Source: Bacillota bacterium (lineage in GTDB: Bacteria; Bacillota; UBA4882; UBA8346). Taken from it: 64,000 nt of DNA. The position numbers and the translations under genes are program-made. Below are positions 36,837 through 46,954 of the stretch, piece by piece. The stretch is taken from NCBI GenBank assembly GCA_023394955.1, contig JAEWZY010000061.1:21095-85094 (forward strand), written 5' to 3'. Positions within the stretch are counted from its first letter, which is position 1. Every line of letters starts with the position of its first letter. Under the pieces are notes generated by a model, which had not been told where the DNA came from, ran no database searches, and saw nothing but the letters and a program-made list of their open reading frames with translations.

Positions 36837-38033
36837 GTGGTTTTTTGTTTGGAATTTAACCTCCTTTATATATTTTTTTTAATATTAATCCCAATTTGTT
36901 GGTGGACTATTAATTACTGCGGAAAACTAACGGTCTACCGACAAGTGTATGAATTAGATAACACCTTTGAAGTAGAATTAGATTTTATTCATTTGTCGAA
37001 GAATATTTTACAGAAGATAATGAAGGAAACCAAAGCTTCTGCCGGAATAATCTATTGGTTTGATGAAGTTCAAAACAAGTTTAAATTGAATTCATTTCAA
37101 GGGATCCCGGCTGATCAATTAAATCACATTTCCCGTAATTTATCAAAAAAAACAGGTCTTATAGATTATGTTAGCAGTAGTCAAAACGAACTGCTCGTTA
37201 AAAATATTGCAACCAACCCTTTAACCTCTAAAATGGGACTGGAAGAACTAAGCGGACTCTATTCAAGCTTGTTGGCGCTACCTCTTAATACAAACAACAA
37301 GACTAGCGGAATTATATTCTTATTCAAGTCCGGCTCTGATTTTAAAAAAAAAGCAATACGTTTATTAATTTTCTTCGCTAAACGGGCCGCTATTCAAATG
37401 GATCATTCCCGACTTTATCAATTAGCTACCGATACAGCCTTGGAAAATGCCAAACTATACATTAATATTTCTAAATTATATCATCAAGCAATTATCGATG
37501 GTCTTACCGGATTATATAACCGTCATTTTTTAATGTTAAAATTAAAAGAAGAAATAAAAAAAGCCTATCGGTATAAACAACCTCTTTCTTTAATATTTGC
37601 GGATATCGACTTATTTAAGCAAGTTAACGATAAATTCGGGCATTCGAGCGGGGATCAAATATTAATTCAATTTACGGATTTATTAAAAAAGTCCATTCGT
37701 GAATCGGATTTAGCGTGTCGCTTCGGAGGTGAAGAATTTGTCATTATCTTACCACAGACGAACATGAGTAATGCCCAACTCTTAGCTGAGAGATTAAGGG
37801 AAAAAACTGCCGTCGGCAAGTTTTCGATTAATAATATAAAAATTAGTTTCACAGCCAGTTTTGGAGTTAGTTCCCTACAGGATTTGGGTTTTGAAAATTC
37901 TGCAAACTTTGGGGATGAGGCTCTAAATAATATTGCCGAAAACTTACTTGCTTGGGCTGATGATGCTTTATATCGCGCCAAAAAAGGCGGGAGAAACTTA
38001 GTTGTCACTTTTGAAAATAGTGAAAACTGTTAA
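36837..38033 (+). CDS. Membrane-anchored GAF-GGDEF diguanylate cyclase
   Basis: GGEEF active site with an RESD I-site 5 residues upstream, an N-terminal TM segment and a central GAF-like region. The start is uncertain (GTG 36837 or TTG 36849). Confidence 0.85.
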   Translation: MVFCLEFNLLYIFFLILIPICWWTINYCGKLTVYRQVYELDNTFEVELDFIHLSKNILQKIMKETKASAGIIYWFDEVQNKFKLNSFQGIPADQLNHISRNLSKKTGLIDYVSSSQNELLVKNIATNPLTSKMGLEELSGLYSSLLALPLNTNNKTSGIIFLFKSGSDFKKKAIRLLIFFAKRAAIQMDHSRLYQLATDTALENAKLYINISKLYHQAIIDGLTGLYNRHFLMLKLKEEIKKAYRYKQPLSLIFADIDLFKQVNDKFGHSSGDQILIQFTDLLKKSIRESDLACRFGGEEFVIILPQTNMSNAQLLAERLREKTAVGKFSINNIKISFTASFGVSSLQDLGFENSANFGDEALNNIAENLLAWADDALYRAKKGGRNLVVTFENSENC

Positions 38034-38110
38034 ACAAAAGGATATTCAACTATTTTGCGGTAAAGGATAAGCATTGAAAATGTCGAATAAATTTTTGAGG
38101 TGTTTCTTAA

Positions 38111-39379
38111 TTGTTTCTTGATCAAACGAAAATTCATATCCAGTCTGGAAATGGCGGTTCGGGAGCAATCAGCTTTCGGCGGGAAAAGTATGTGCCCCGA
38201 GGAGGACCTGACGGCGGTGACGGCGGGCGCGGCGGACATATAATCATGGAAGCGACCCGGGATTTGAATACCTTAAGCAGTTTTCGCTATCAACAACATT
38301 TTCGGGCTGAAAATGGAGAATCCGGCGCGGCAGCCAATCGTTCTGGCAAAGCAGGCGCTGACTTAATAATCAAAATACCGGTAGGAACTTTAGTAAGGAA
38401 TACGGAGACCGGTAAAATATTAGCTGATCTAACCGGGACGGGTTCTCAGGCGGTTATCTTAAGGGGAGGCAGGGGAGGACGAGGCAATACTCGTTTTGCC
38501 ACTTCTACCCGTCAAACCCCGCAATTTTCTGAAAAAGGCGAGCCCGGAACGGAACTGGCCATTGAATTAGAGTTAAAATTAATAGCCGATGTAGGCCTGA
38601 TTGGCTTTCCTAATGCCGGAAAATCTTCATTGTTAACAAAAATTTCCGCAGCCCGCCCCAGGGTGGCTGATTATCCTTTTACAACTCTCGAGCCCCATTT
38701 AGGAGTGGTTGATCATAAAAACGAAAGTTTCGTGGCGGTTGATGTCCCGGGACTAATTGAGGGCGCCCATCAAGGTGTTGGTTTGGGACATCAGTTTTTA
38801 CGACATATTGAAAGAACCCGTCTTTTAGTTCATGTGGTTGATCTTTCGGGATTGTCGGGGAGAGATCCTTACCAGGATTTTTTACAGATCAATCAAGAGT
38901 TGGGTTTATACAATCCGGAATTAGTTGAGAAAGAACAGATTGTGGCTGCTAACAAAATTGATCTGCCCGAATCCCGGATAGCTTGGGATAAGTTCCAATC
39001 ACAAGTTGGTGACCGAACGGTAATCCCAATCTCCGCGGCAACAGGGGAAGGAATCGATGGATTGTTGGATTTAGTAATTCGAAAATTAGCCCTTTTACCT
39101 AAATATACAACGGCAATCCAGGAAGAGACTGACCCGGAGCAATTTCCGGAGGAATCAGGAACTGAAATTATTAAGGAAGGTCAAGTTTATCAAGTCAAAA
39201 ATAGAACTTTGGAAAAAAGAATCCTTCGTTATGATCTTGAAAATGAATATTCACTTCAAAGTCTACAAAAGCTCCTCAAAAAATGGGGCATCAATCAAGC
39301 ATTAATCGAACAAGGGGTCAAAGAAGGTGATTCGGTTCGGATTGGTGATTTTGAATTTACTTTTTTAAACGACGATTGA
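38111..39379 (+). CDS. obg: GTPase Obg/CgtA
   Basis: FLDQTKIHIQSGNGGSGAISFRREKYVPRGGPDGGDGG, G1 GFPNAGKSS and a C-terminal OCT domain. GAGGTG RBS with a TTG start. Confidence 0.95.
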   Translation: MFLDQTKIHIQSGNGGSGAISFRREKYVPRGGPDGGDGGRGGHIIMEATRDLNTLSSFRYQQHFRAENGESGAAANRSGKAGADLIIKIPVGTLVRNTETGKILADLTGTGSQAVILRGGRGGRGNTRFATSTRQTPQFSEKGEPGTELAIELELKLIADVGLIGFPNAGKSSLLTKISAARPRVADYPFTTLEPHLGVVDHKNESFVAVDVPGLIEGAHQGVGLGHQFLRHIERTRLLVHVVDLSGLSGRDPYQDFLQINQELGLYNPELVEKEQIVAANKIDLPESRIAWDKFQSQVGDRTVIPISAATGEGIDGLLDLVIRKLALLPKYTTAIQEETDPEQFPEESGTEIIKEGQVYQVKNRTLEKRILRYDLENEYSLQSLQKLLKKWGINQALIEQGVKEGDSVRIGDFEFTFLNDD

Positions 39380-39468
39380 GAGGTTATTATTTTGTACAGT
39401 ATATAGTAATTCCGATTACGAGCATCACCGGCGTTAATTTCGCAAAGAAAAAACACCTCAAAACTTTT

Positions 39469-39492
39469 AGTGAAGCCTATGCTTCACTTTTT
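39469..39492 (+). terminator. Rho-independent terminator after obg
   Basis: AGTGAAGC-CTAT-GCTTCACT followed by TTTT. Confidence 0.75.
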
Positions 39493-39659
39493 ACTATGTG
39501 AAACATTATGTCGATTATTTCACCACAGGGAAGCGCGAAGGTCAAAACCTAAAATGAGTGTCCTCTTTAAATTGATATTTCTGTATGCTTCATGTTTCTA
39601 TGTTGTAGTCCTATGTTTCAAATTTAATTCCGAAAATGTCCCTCGAAGTATGAATTTTA

Positions 39660-39668
39660 TGCTATAAT
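39660..39668 (+). promoter_or_regulatory. Extended -10 element TGcTATAAT upstream of yhbY
   Basis: TATAAT at 39663-39668 preceded by TGc, ~33 nt upstream of the TTG start. Confidence 0.45.
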
Positions 39669-39700
39669 GTTTCCAAAACATTTCGGAAAGAAGGTATAGG

Positions 39701-40006
39701 TTGATTACTAGTAAAGAACGGAGTATCTTAAGATCAATCGGTAATAAATTAGAACCCATTATTATAATTGGAAAAAACGGAATTACAGAGAACCTCCTCG
39801 CCCAACTGGACGAGGCGTTAAACGCACGGGAATTAGTGAAAGGCAGGGTCTTGCCTCATCAGGATTTTGACGTTAAAGCAATAGCTGAAGAATTAGCTCA
39901 AAAGACCGGCGCCGATATCGTTCAAACTATTGGCCGTAATATTCTTCTCTATAGAGCCCCTCAAGATGGAAGCCCCAGTAAAATCCATTGGGAACAGGAG
40001 CGCTAG
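39701..40006 (+). CDS. yhbY: CRM-domain RNA-binding protein YhbY (ribosome assembly)
   Basis: ..LTSKERSILRSIGNKLEPIIIIGKNGITENL..ELVKGRV.. is typical of YhbY/YqeI. Confidence 0.8.
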   Translation: MITSKERSILRSIGNKLEPIIIIGKNGITENLLAQLDEALNARELVKGRVLPHQDFDVKAIAEELAQKTGADIVQTIGRNILLYRAPQDGSPSKIHWEQER

Positions 40007-41134
40007 ATGGATTATCTGAAAATCATTCAAAATGCCAAACGGATTGTGGTTAAGGTAGGAACTAGTACTCTGACCTATGATACTGGAAAATTGAATCTTA
40101 ACCGGATGGAGCTTTTGATTAGACAACTTACCGATTTGCAGAATCAAGGCCGGGAAATAGTTTTGGTAACTTCAGGCGCAGTAGGAGTGGGATTAGGAAG
40201 GCTGGGTCTCAGGGAAAGGCCTGGAACTATTTTGCAGCGTCAAGCTTTAGCTGCTATCGGTCAAGGATTATTGATGCAGGTATATGAGAAATTATTTTCA
40301 GAATATGGGCAAACAGTAGCGCAAATACTGCTTACCCGTAGTGATATTAGTGATCGCAAAAGATATCTAAATGCCAGAAATACAATCCTGGCTTTGTTAA
40401 AATATCATGTTATTCCGATTATTAATGAAAACGACACGGTAGCCACTGAGGAATTAAAAATTGGGCAAAATGACGCCTTATCAGCTTTAGTAGCAGGATT
40501 GATCGACGCGGATTTACTGATTCTCCTCTCCGATGTGGACGGACTTTATACCGCCGATCCAAAAATAAAGTCTAACGCAGAATTAATTCCTTTAGTGAAA
40601 GAAATTACGCCTGAAATAACTTCGATGGCCAGCGATGCTGTTTCTATCTTTGGAACCGGTGGAATGATTACCAAATTAGAAGCAGCTAAAATGGCTACCG
40701 CCGCGGGGAGTTCAATGATTTTAATGAATGGCGCGGAGCCCTCCCGCATTCGGCAAATATTTTCAGGGCAAGCCGTGGGAACAGTTTTTTTAAGTTCTGA
40801 CCAAGCGATAGTCTCCAGCCGGAAACGATGGATCGCTTATGGACCTCAAGTCGCCGGTGAATTGATCATCGATTCCGGAGCGGAACGGGCGTTAATCAAA
40901 CAAGGTAAAAGTTTATTGCCTTCAGGGATTGTCGAGTTATCCGGCGACTTCGAAGAAGGGGATTTAGTAAAGATTATTAACGTGGAACGCCGGGAATTGG
41001 GAAGAGGTTTAATCAACTACGGACGAGAACAACTGAAAAAGATTATTGGCAAGAAATGCGCCGAAATTGAAATGATTCTCGGTTTTAAAACTGCGGATGA
41101 AGTGATCCATAGGGATAATTTGGTCATTACCTGA
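40007..41134 (+). CDS. proB: Glutamate 5-kinase (with a PUA domain)
   Basis: ..RIVVKVGTSTLT.., ..VTSGAVG.. and ..INENDTV.. motifs plus a C-terminal PUA-like region. Confidence 0.95.
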   Translation: MDYLKIIQNAKRIVVKVGTSTLTYDTGKLNLNRMELLIRQLTDLQNQGREIVLVTSGAVGVGLGRLGLRERPGTILQRQALAAIGQGLLMQVYEKLFSEYGQTVAQILLTRSDISDRKRYLNARNTILALLKYHVIPIINENDTVATEELKIGQNDALSALVAGLIDADLLILLSDVDGLYTADPKIKSNAELIPLVKEITPEITSMASDAVSIFGTGGMITKLEAAKMATAAGSSMILMNGAEPSRIRQIFSGQAVGTVFLSSDQAIVSSRKRWIAYGPQVAGELIIDSGAERALIKQGKSLLPSGIVELSGDFEEGDLVKIINVERRELGRGLINYGREQLKKIIGKKCAEIEMILGFKTADEVIHRDNLVIT

Positions 41135-41149
41135 TGGGAAGGTGGGAAG

Positions 41150-41752
41150 ATGTTCGGAATATTAGGCGGGACTTTTGATCCGATTCATTTTGGGCATTTG
41201 GTATTGGCGGAGAAGGCGAGGGAGGCTTTTCAACTTGAAAAAGTGATCGTAGTCCCCGCCGCCATACCTCCTCATAAAATCGGCGAAGTAGCCACTGAAG
41301 CCCGACACCGTTTGAAAATGGTTGAGCTTGCTATCCAAGAAAGCCCTTGGTTTGAGGTATCCACCGTGGAACTGGATCGGGAAGGGCTCTCTTATTCCAT
41401 CGACACTATTCGGGAATTAAAAAATGAGCTTTCGGATCCGGAAACAGCTTTAATAATGGGCTTTGATTCTTTATTAGAATTGCATTCCTGGAAAAATTAC
41501 CGGTCGATTTTGGAAGAGGCTAAAATTATCACCGCTTTTCGTCCCGGTTATCCGATTTTAACCGATAATCAAAATTGGCCTTCATTTTTAAAAGCATACC
41601 AAGAACAAATTTTAGTTTTGGAAGCTCCTTTATTAGACATCTCTTCTACCTGGCTTAGAGTGGAGTTAATGTATGGCCGCTCCATCAGGTATCTAGTACC
41701 TGAGCCAGTTATTGATTATATTAACGCTAATGGTTTATACCGGGATTTATAA
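41150..41752 (+). CDS. nadD: Nicotinate-nucleotide adenylyltransferase
   Basis: GILGGTFDPIHFGHL (HxGH) and ..ISSTWLR.. motifs. Confidence 0.9.
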   Translation: MFGILGGTFDPIHFGHLVLAEKAREAFQLEKVIVVPAAIPPHKIGEVATEARHRLKMVELAIQESPWFEVSTVELDREGLSYSIDTIRELKNELSDPETALIMGFDSLLELHSWKNYRSILEEAKIITAFRPGYPILTDNQNWPSFLKAYQEQILVLEAPLLDISSTWLRVELMYGRSIRYLVPEPVIDYINANGLYRDL

Positions 41753-41844
41753 ATTACTCCAATTAATAAGTCGAGTAAATTTAAGAAAAATTGGATGCGC
41801 TTGTTTCCACAAGCCTTCAGTTAATTTCAATATCGATAATATAG

Positions 41845-41871
41845 TGGACTTTAGTATAGTCCATTTTTTTT
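41845..41871 (+). terminator. Rho-independent terminator after nadD
   Basis: TGGACT (41845-41850) pairs with AGTCCA (41858-41863), followed by eight T residues. Confidence 0.7.
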
Positions 41872-41963
41872 GATGCAAACTATATTTAAAGTTTTTTAGG
41901 TTGCTAATAAAACGTATAAGCTTAGGATCAACTTTTGGTTTAAGAAAGAGAGGTGAAAGTGGG

Positions 41964-42221
41964 ATGACTAAAACACTTTATGTCGGTAATCTGCCATGGT
42001 CAACTACTAAAGAGGACTTAGCCTCATTTTTTGCGGATTTTGCAGAAGTAAAAGCCAGCCGTGTTATTACCGACCCCATTAGCGGTCGTTCCAAAGGGTT
42101 TGGCTTTATTGAAGTCGAAGATCAAGATGTGGATCGGGTTATTGATGCTGCCAACGGAAAAGATATGGGCGGAAGGGAAATAATCGTAAATGAAGCTAAA
42201 CCCAGACAACCAAAAATGTAA
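41964..42221 (+). CDS. RRM-type (RNP-1/RNP-2) RNA-binding protein, ~85 aa
   Basis: RNP2 LYVGNL and RNP1 KGFGFIEV. AGAGGTGA RBS precedes ATG 41964; the track ORF starts at 41901. Confidence 0.8.
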   Translation: MTKTLYVGNLPWSTTKEDLASFFADFAEVKASRVITDPISGRSKGFGFIEVEDQDVDRVIDAANGKDMGGREIIVNEAKPRQPKM

Positions 42222-42260
42222 AATAAAGTACCTATTTTAATATTTTAATCTGATTTAAAA

Positions 42261-42292
42261 AAGAGGTGATTCATGGACACCTCTTTTCATTT
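42261..42292 (+). terminator. Rho-independent terminator after the RRM gene
   Basis: AAGAGGTG (42261-42268) pairs with CACCTCTT (42278-42285), followed by a T-rich tail. Confidence 0.8.
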
Positions 42293-42536
42293 TATTTAAT
42301 TCTTTTAGATATTGTGGAAGGGTATTCATAAAAACCATCGAAATACTATAACAATGGAATTTATTAGCATTAAGTGGAAGTCAAAGATAAGAATGTTATT
42401 TCATAAAATTTGAAGCGTTTTCATATTGTGAGGTGATTCAACAAGTAATTCTATCAACCGTTATCTGGTGAATGCTTACCAAACTTTTTGTCCAACCACT
42501 TTTCCAAGGCAAATCATATGGAAAGGGAGTAAAACA

Positions 42537-42899
42537 ATGATTGAAAAAAGAAAATTTTCGCGGGTGGATTTTAAAAAAGAAGTTGAAATCTTCGTTAACG
42601 GCGTAAAATATCTAGGTGAAATTGAAAACTTAAGCCTGAAAGGGGCTTATATAAAAACATCCCATTCACTTCAAATTGATGATCAGGTTGAAATTATCAT
42701 TCATCTGACTGCCAATACCGATTTTAATGTAAATCTAAAAGGCAAAGTGCTTCGATTAACTGCGGATGGCGCTGGTGTTATTTTTGATCGAATTGACTTT
42801 GATTCCTTCTCGCATCTTAGGAATATAATAGCTTATAATTTTGGAGACGATGATCTAGTAATGGAGGAATTCTTCAATAGTATTAACAACAAAGAATGA
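42537..42899 (+). CDS. Stand-alone PilZ-domain protein (c-di-GMP receptor)
   Basis: RKFSR matches RxxxR and NLSLKG matches (D/N)xSxxG. GGGAG RBS precedes ATG 42537; the track ORF starts at 42468. Confidence 0.8.
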   Translation: MIEKRKFSRVDFKKEVEIFVNGVKYLGEIENLSLKGAYIKTSHSLQIDDQVEIIIHLTANTDFNVNLKGKVLRLTADGAGVIFDRIDFDSFSHLRNIIAYNFGDDDLVMEEFFNSINNKE

Positions 42900-42917
42900 T
42901 GATGGAAGGCTTAGCTG

Positions 42918-43517
42918 ATGCAAAGAACTGATTTAATTAAAGTACTAGCCAATAATCTCTCAGAACCTCGTTTAAATCATTGCCTCAGAGTTGAAGCGAT
43001 GGCTCTCGAACTCGCCTTGCATTTTCAGACTCCTTCTGAATTGGTTTCTCCGGCGGCCTTACTTCATGATTTGTGCCGGGAATACGACCGGGATAAGCTC
43101 TTGAAACTAGCGGGCAATTTTGGTATAGTAATAGACGATATTGAAGAGGCGGAGCCTTTATTACTCCACGGTTCAGTAGCGGCAGCAATTGTTAAAAATA
43201 CTTTGGGCATAAATGACCCTCTGGTTTTAGAAGCCATTAGCTACCATATTACCGGAGCGCCAGGGTTATCGCCCTTGGCAAGATTGATTTTTGTAGCCGA
43301 TTTTATAGAACCCGGCCGGACTTTTAAACAAGCGCGAATAATTCGGGAACAAGCTTTAATACTTAGCCCCGATGAAATCCTATTAAAAATATTTAACCGA
43401 AGTATCGAATACGTTATTAAACAGGGCTTTTTAATTCATCCCCGAACTGTAGCGGGGAGAAACGAATTAATCATGAAAGGTGTTTTGGATGGAACATCTC
43501 TTGGAAATTGCATTTAA
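42918..43517 (+). CDS. yqeK: HD-domain protein YqeK (bis(5'-nucleosyl)-tetraphosphatase type)
   Basis: ..RLNHCLRV..., ..LLHDLCRE.. and ..ISYHITG.. HD-family motifs. It occupies the position before rsfS. Confidence 0.8.
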   Translation: MQRTDLIKVLANNLSEPRLNHCLRVEAMALELALHFQTPSELVSPAALLHDLCREYDRDKLLKLAGNFGIVIDDIEEAEPLLLHGSVAAAIVKNTLGINDPLVLEAISYHITGAPGLSPLARLIFVADFIEPGRTFKQARIIREQALILSPDEILLKIFNRSIEYVIKQGFLIHPRTVAGRNELIMKGVLDGTSLGNCI

Positions 43518-43839
43518 GGCGGCGCTTGAGAAGAAAGCTATTGATCCGGTAATTTTAGATTTACGTAATTTGTCGGGAGTGACGGACTTTTTTTTAGTTT
43601 GTTCCGGTCAAAGCCAAGTGCAAGTCAGGTCCATTGCGGACAATATCCTTGAAAAATTAGGTGAGTATGGCGTCAAACTTCCAGTAAAGGAAGGTTATCA
43701 ATCGGGAGTCTGGATTTTGCTTGACTTCGGCCAGCTGGTAATTCACATATTACAAGAACAAGAACGTCAATTTTATGCTTTAGAACAATTATGGCACGAT
43801 GCTAAAATGATGAAATTAACTTCTATAAAAATGGGTTGA
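43489..43839 (+). CDS. rsfS: Ribosome silencing factor RsfS (Iojap)
   Basis: ..KKAIDPVILDLRNLSGVTDFFLVCSGQS..WILLDFGQLVIHI.. is typical of RsfS. Confidence 0.85.
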   Translation: MEHLLEIAFKAALEKKAIDPVILDLRNLSGVTDFFLVCSGQSQVQVRSIADNILEKLGEYGVKLPVKEGYQSGVWILLDFGQLVIHILQEQERQFYALEQLWHDAKMMKLTSIKMG

Positions 43840-43869
43840 ATGTGTTAGGCAAATTGGGAGGCTACAGCA

Positions 43870-46320
43870 ATGAGTAAGGTTACAAAGTATCATCCGCAAG
43901 AAATCGAATCACGCTGGCAAAAAAAATGGGAGAATGACGGGCTTTATCGTTCGTTAATCAAGAATGACCATCCGAAGTATTATGCTTTAACTATGCTTCC
44001 GTATCCTAGTGGCGATCTTCATATCGGCCATTGGTACGCTATTACTCCTTCTGATGCTCATGCCCGTTATAAACGGATGAATGGTTATAATGTTTTATTT
44101 CCCATGGGCTTTGACGCTTTTGGTCTTCCGGCCGAGAATGCCGCAATTAAGCGTGGGGTACATCCTTTCAAATGGACCATGGGTAACATTGAAAAAATGC
44201 GTGAACAACTAAAATCAATGGGCGCTATTTTTGATTGGAAAAGAGAGATTATTTCCTGTTTGCCCGATTATTATAAATGGACCCAATGGTTTTTCTTGAA
44301 GTTTTATGAGAAAGGGATCGCTTATAAGAAATTTTCGCCAGTGGATTTTTGCCCTCAATGTAATACTACTTTGGCCCGGGAACAAGTATGGGGTGAAGAT
44401 CGTCACTGTGAACGCTGTAATACTCCGGTCATTAAAAAGGAGCTTAACCAGTGGTACTTTAAGATTACCGATTACGCTGAGGAATTATTGGATTTTTCCG
44501 GAATTGATTGGCCGGAAAGAGTTACCACTATGCAGCAAAACTGGATCGGTCGCAGCGAAGGCGCGGAGGTTTTGTTCCATACCGAAGCCGGACAAGGGAT
44601 TAAAATCTATACAACCAGGCCGGATACGTTATGGGGCGTCACTTTTATGGTCTTGGCTCCCGAACATCCGTTAGTCCAGGAAATTACTACTCCTGAAAAT
44701 AAAGACATCGTGAACGAATATGTCGTTAAAGCCAGCCGCCAAACGGAAATCGAACGTTTAGCGGCCAACAAAGAGAAAACCGGAGTGTTTTCCGGAGCAT
44801 ACGCCATTAATCCGGTTAATGGTGAACGGATTCCCATTTGGATTGCGGACTATGTAATGATGGGTTACGGAACTGGGGCGATTATGGCCGTTCCAGCCCA
44901 CGATGAACGGGATTTCGATTTTGCCGTAAAATTTCAACTTCCCATTAAAATGGTGATTGCTCCTCAAGAGGGGAATATCCCGGAAGGGTTGGATCAAGCA
45001 TTTACCAGCGTTGATGATGGGGTAATGGTTAACTCCGGCCAGTTTAGCGGAACCAGCGCCGCCGAGGGCAAGGCTAAAGTCACCCAGTGGCTCGAGGAAA
45101 AAGGAATTGGCTCTAAAACCGTTAATTATCGTTTGCGAGATTGGTTGATCAGTCGGCAGCGCTATTGGGGAGCGCCAATTCCTATTATTTATTGTGATAA
45201 ATGCGGAACCGTACCTGTGCCTTATGAAGATTTGCCGGTTTTATTGCCGGAAGATGCCGAATTTCTCCCTACCGGCGAATCACCTTTAAAATACCATGAA
45301 GGTTTCCACAACACTACTTGTCCCAAGTGCGGCGGGCCTGCGGAACGCGAGACCGATACCATGGATACTTTCATGTGTTCTTCATGGTATCCTTATGGAT
45401 ATTTAAGCCCCTATTATCATGGTGAAACTCCAATGGACACTAAAGAAGCCGCTTATTGGCTTCCAATTGACCTTTATACCGGTGGAATTGAACATGCTTG
45501 TATGCACTTGATTTACATTAGATTTTTTACCAAAGCTATGCGGGATTTGGGATTGGTTAATTTTAATGAACCGGTGCATAAGTTAAGAAATCAAGGAATC
45601 ATTCTTGGGGAAGACAGTGAAAAGATGAGCAAGTCCCGGGGTAATGTGGTAGCCCCGGACGATCTGGTAGGCCGCTATGGAGCGGATGCGGTTAGGGCTT
45701 ATTTAATGTTCGGTTGGCGTTGGGAACTAGGAGGGCCGTGGGACAACCGCGGGATCGAAGGAATGTACCGCTTCCTAAACCGGTTGTGGGAAGTAACTCT
45801 AGATCCTGTGGCAGCTAATTCCAATACCGAAGCGGAAAAATTCGTGCGGCGTAAAACCCATCAAACCATCGCCAAGGCCTCTCGGGAAATTGAAATTTTC
45901 TCTTTCAACACTTATCTGGCCTCATTAATGGAACTGTTGAACGTGATGGTCAAGTATAAAGCGGATATTTTTAACTCTGAGGCTTGGATAGAATCCGTTA
46001 AAACTATTTTGTTATTGATTGCTCCAGCCTGTCCCCATCTGGCTGAAGAAGTTTGGAATGTCTTGGGTTTTGGTTATTCCATTCATAACCAGCCTTGGCC
46101 GGTGTCCGACCCGGAATTAGCCACCGAAGATAATGTGGAGATTGTAATCCAAATTAACGGTAAGATCCGAGAAAAAATGGTGGTACCGGTAGGAAGTGAG
46201 GAAGATGAGTTGAAAGAGTTGGCTCTTAATGATCCCGGCATCAAAAATCACCTTGCGGAAAAGTCAATCCGGAAAATTATTGTGGTGCCGGATCGCTTAG
46301 TTAATATTGTGGTAAGCTGA
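43870..46320 (+). CDS. leuS: Leucyl-tRNA synthetase
   Basis: HIGH (SGDLHIGH) and KMSKS motifs, plus class Ia LeuS length and layout. Confidence 0.95.
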   Translation: MSKVTKYHPQEIESRWQKKWENDGLYRSLIKNDHPKYYALTMLPYPSGDLHIGHWYAITPSDAHARYKRMNGYNVLFPMGFDAFGLPAENAAIKRGVHPFKWTMGNIEKMREQLKSMGAIFDWKREIISCLPDYYKWTQWFFLKFYEKGIAYKKFSPVDFCPQCNTTLAREQVWGEDRHCERCNTPVIKKELNQWYFKITDYAEELLDFSGIDWPERVTTMQQNWIGRSEGAEVLFHTEAGQGIKIYTTRPDTLWGVTFMVLAPEHPLVQEITTPENKDIVNEYVVKASRQTEIERLAANKEKTGVFSGAYAINPVNGERIPIWIADYVMMGYGTGAIMAVPAHDERDFDFAVKFQLPIKMVIAPQEGNIPEGLDQAFTSVDDGVMVNSGQFSGTSAAEGKAKVTQWLEEKGIGSKTVNYRLRDWLISRQRYWGAPIPIIYCDKCGTVPVPYEDLPVLLPEDAEFLPTGESPLKYHEGFHNTTCPKCGGPAERETDTMDTFMCSSWYPYGYLSPYYHGETPMDTKEAAYWLPIDLYTGGIEHACMHLIYIRFFTKAMRDLGLVNFNEPVHKLRNQGIILGEDSEKMSKSRGNVVAPDDLVGRYGADAVRAYLMFGWRWELGGPWDNRGIEGMYRFLNRLWEVTLDPVAANSNTEAEKFVRRKTHQTIAKASREIEIFSFNTYLASLMELLNVMVKYKADIFNSEAWIESVKTILLLIAPACPHLAEEVWNVLGFGYSIHNQPWPVSDPELATEDNVEIVIQINGKIREKMVVPVGSEEDELKELALNDPGIKNHLAEKSIRKIIVVPDRLVNIVVS

Positions 46321-46844
46321 TGAATGTCTTTGAGTTGCCGCTCCGGATTATTCCGGATGAACGTAAAACAGTGACCGCTTCCTTCGACGGCAGTGTCTGT
46401 CTGATAAAAATCCCAGTCTTGCTAAGCCGTCAAAAAAAAAGAGGAATTGATTATATTGACCGGGTATATTGGAAAATACTCGGTCAAATTTTTCAACCGA
46501 AGTTAAAAGCCCGTACTAACGAGTTAAATTCAAATTTTTATAATTTTACTTATCAATCCGTCCGTTACCATCGTCAATTTCGGAGATGGGGTTCATGTTC
46601 ATCCTTGAAAAACATCAATTTATCCCATCGGTTAATCGGGGCGCCTCAAGAGTTAATTGATTATGTCATAATTCATGAGTTGGCCCATTTAAAGTATTTA
46701 AATCATAGTCGGGAATTTTGGGATTTAGTCAAACAGACCGGAGTCAATCCGCGATTAATGCGTAAGACTATTCAAGAATATGGTTATGCGTGGCATTTGA
46801 ATTATCAAGACTGGTTATTAAAGGTTAAATCCCTTATAAATTGA
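46320..46844 (+). CDS. YgjP-like zinc metallohydrolase (DUF45 / M48-like, HExxH)
   Basis: HELAHLKYLNHSREFW motif. There is a 1-nt overlap with the leuS stop. Confidence 0.75.
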   Translation: MNVFELPLRIIPDERKTVTASFDGSVCLIKIPVLLSRQKKRGIDYIDRVYWKILGQIFQPKLKARTNELNSNFYNFTYQSVRYHRQFRRWGSCSSLKNINLSHRLIGAPQELIDYVIIHELAHLKYLNHSREFWDLVKQTGVNPRLMRKTIQEYGYAWHLNYQDWLLKVKSLIN

Positions 46845-46954
46845 AAAAGTGGTCAGGTTTAATGGGAATAATACTGCTAACTTGCCTAGGAATACCAAAT
46901 TTGGAGAGTTAATTTTTTCATAAATTTAATACTCGCTCAGAATACCAAAAAAGT

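Noticed and set aside
39470-39667. 65-aa + strand ORF in the obg/yhbY spacer
   Set aside because: It starts inside the obg terminator hairpin, has no RBS, and gives a Cys/Phe/Leu-rich junk-like translation. The region more plausibly holds a terminator plus the yhbY promoter.
43840-43869. T-box leader upstream of leuS
   Set aside because: Only ~30 nt separate rsfS and leuS, which leaves no room for a T-box riboswitch. leuS appears co-transcribed with rsfS.
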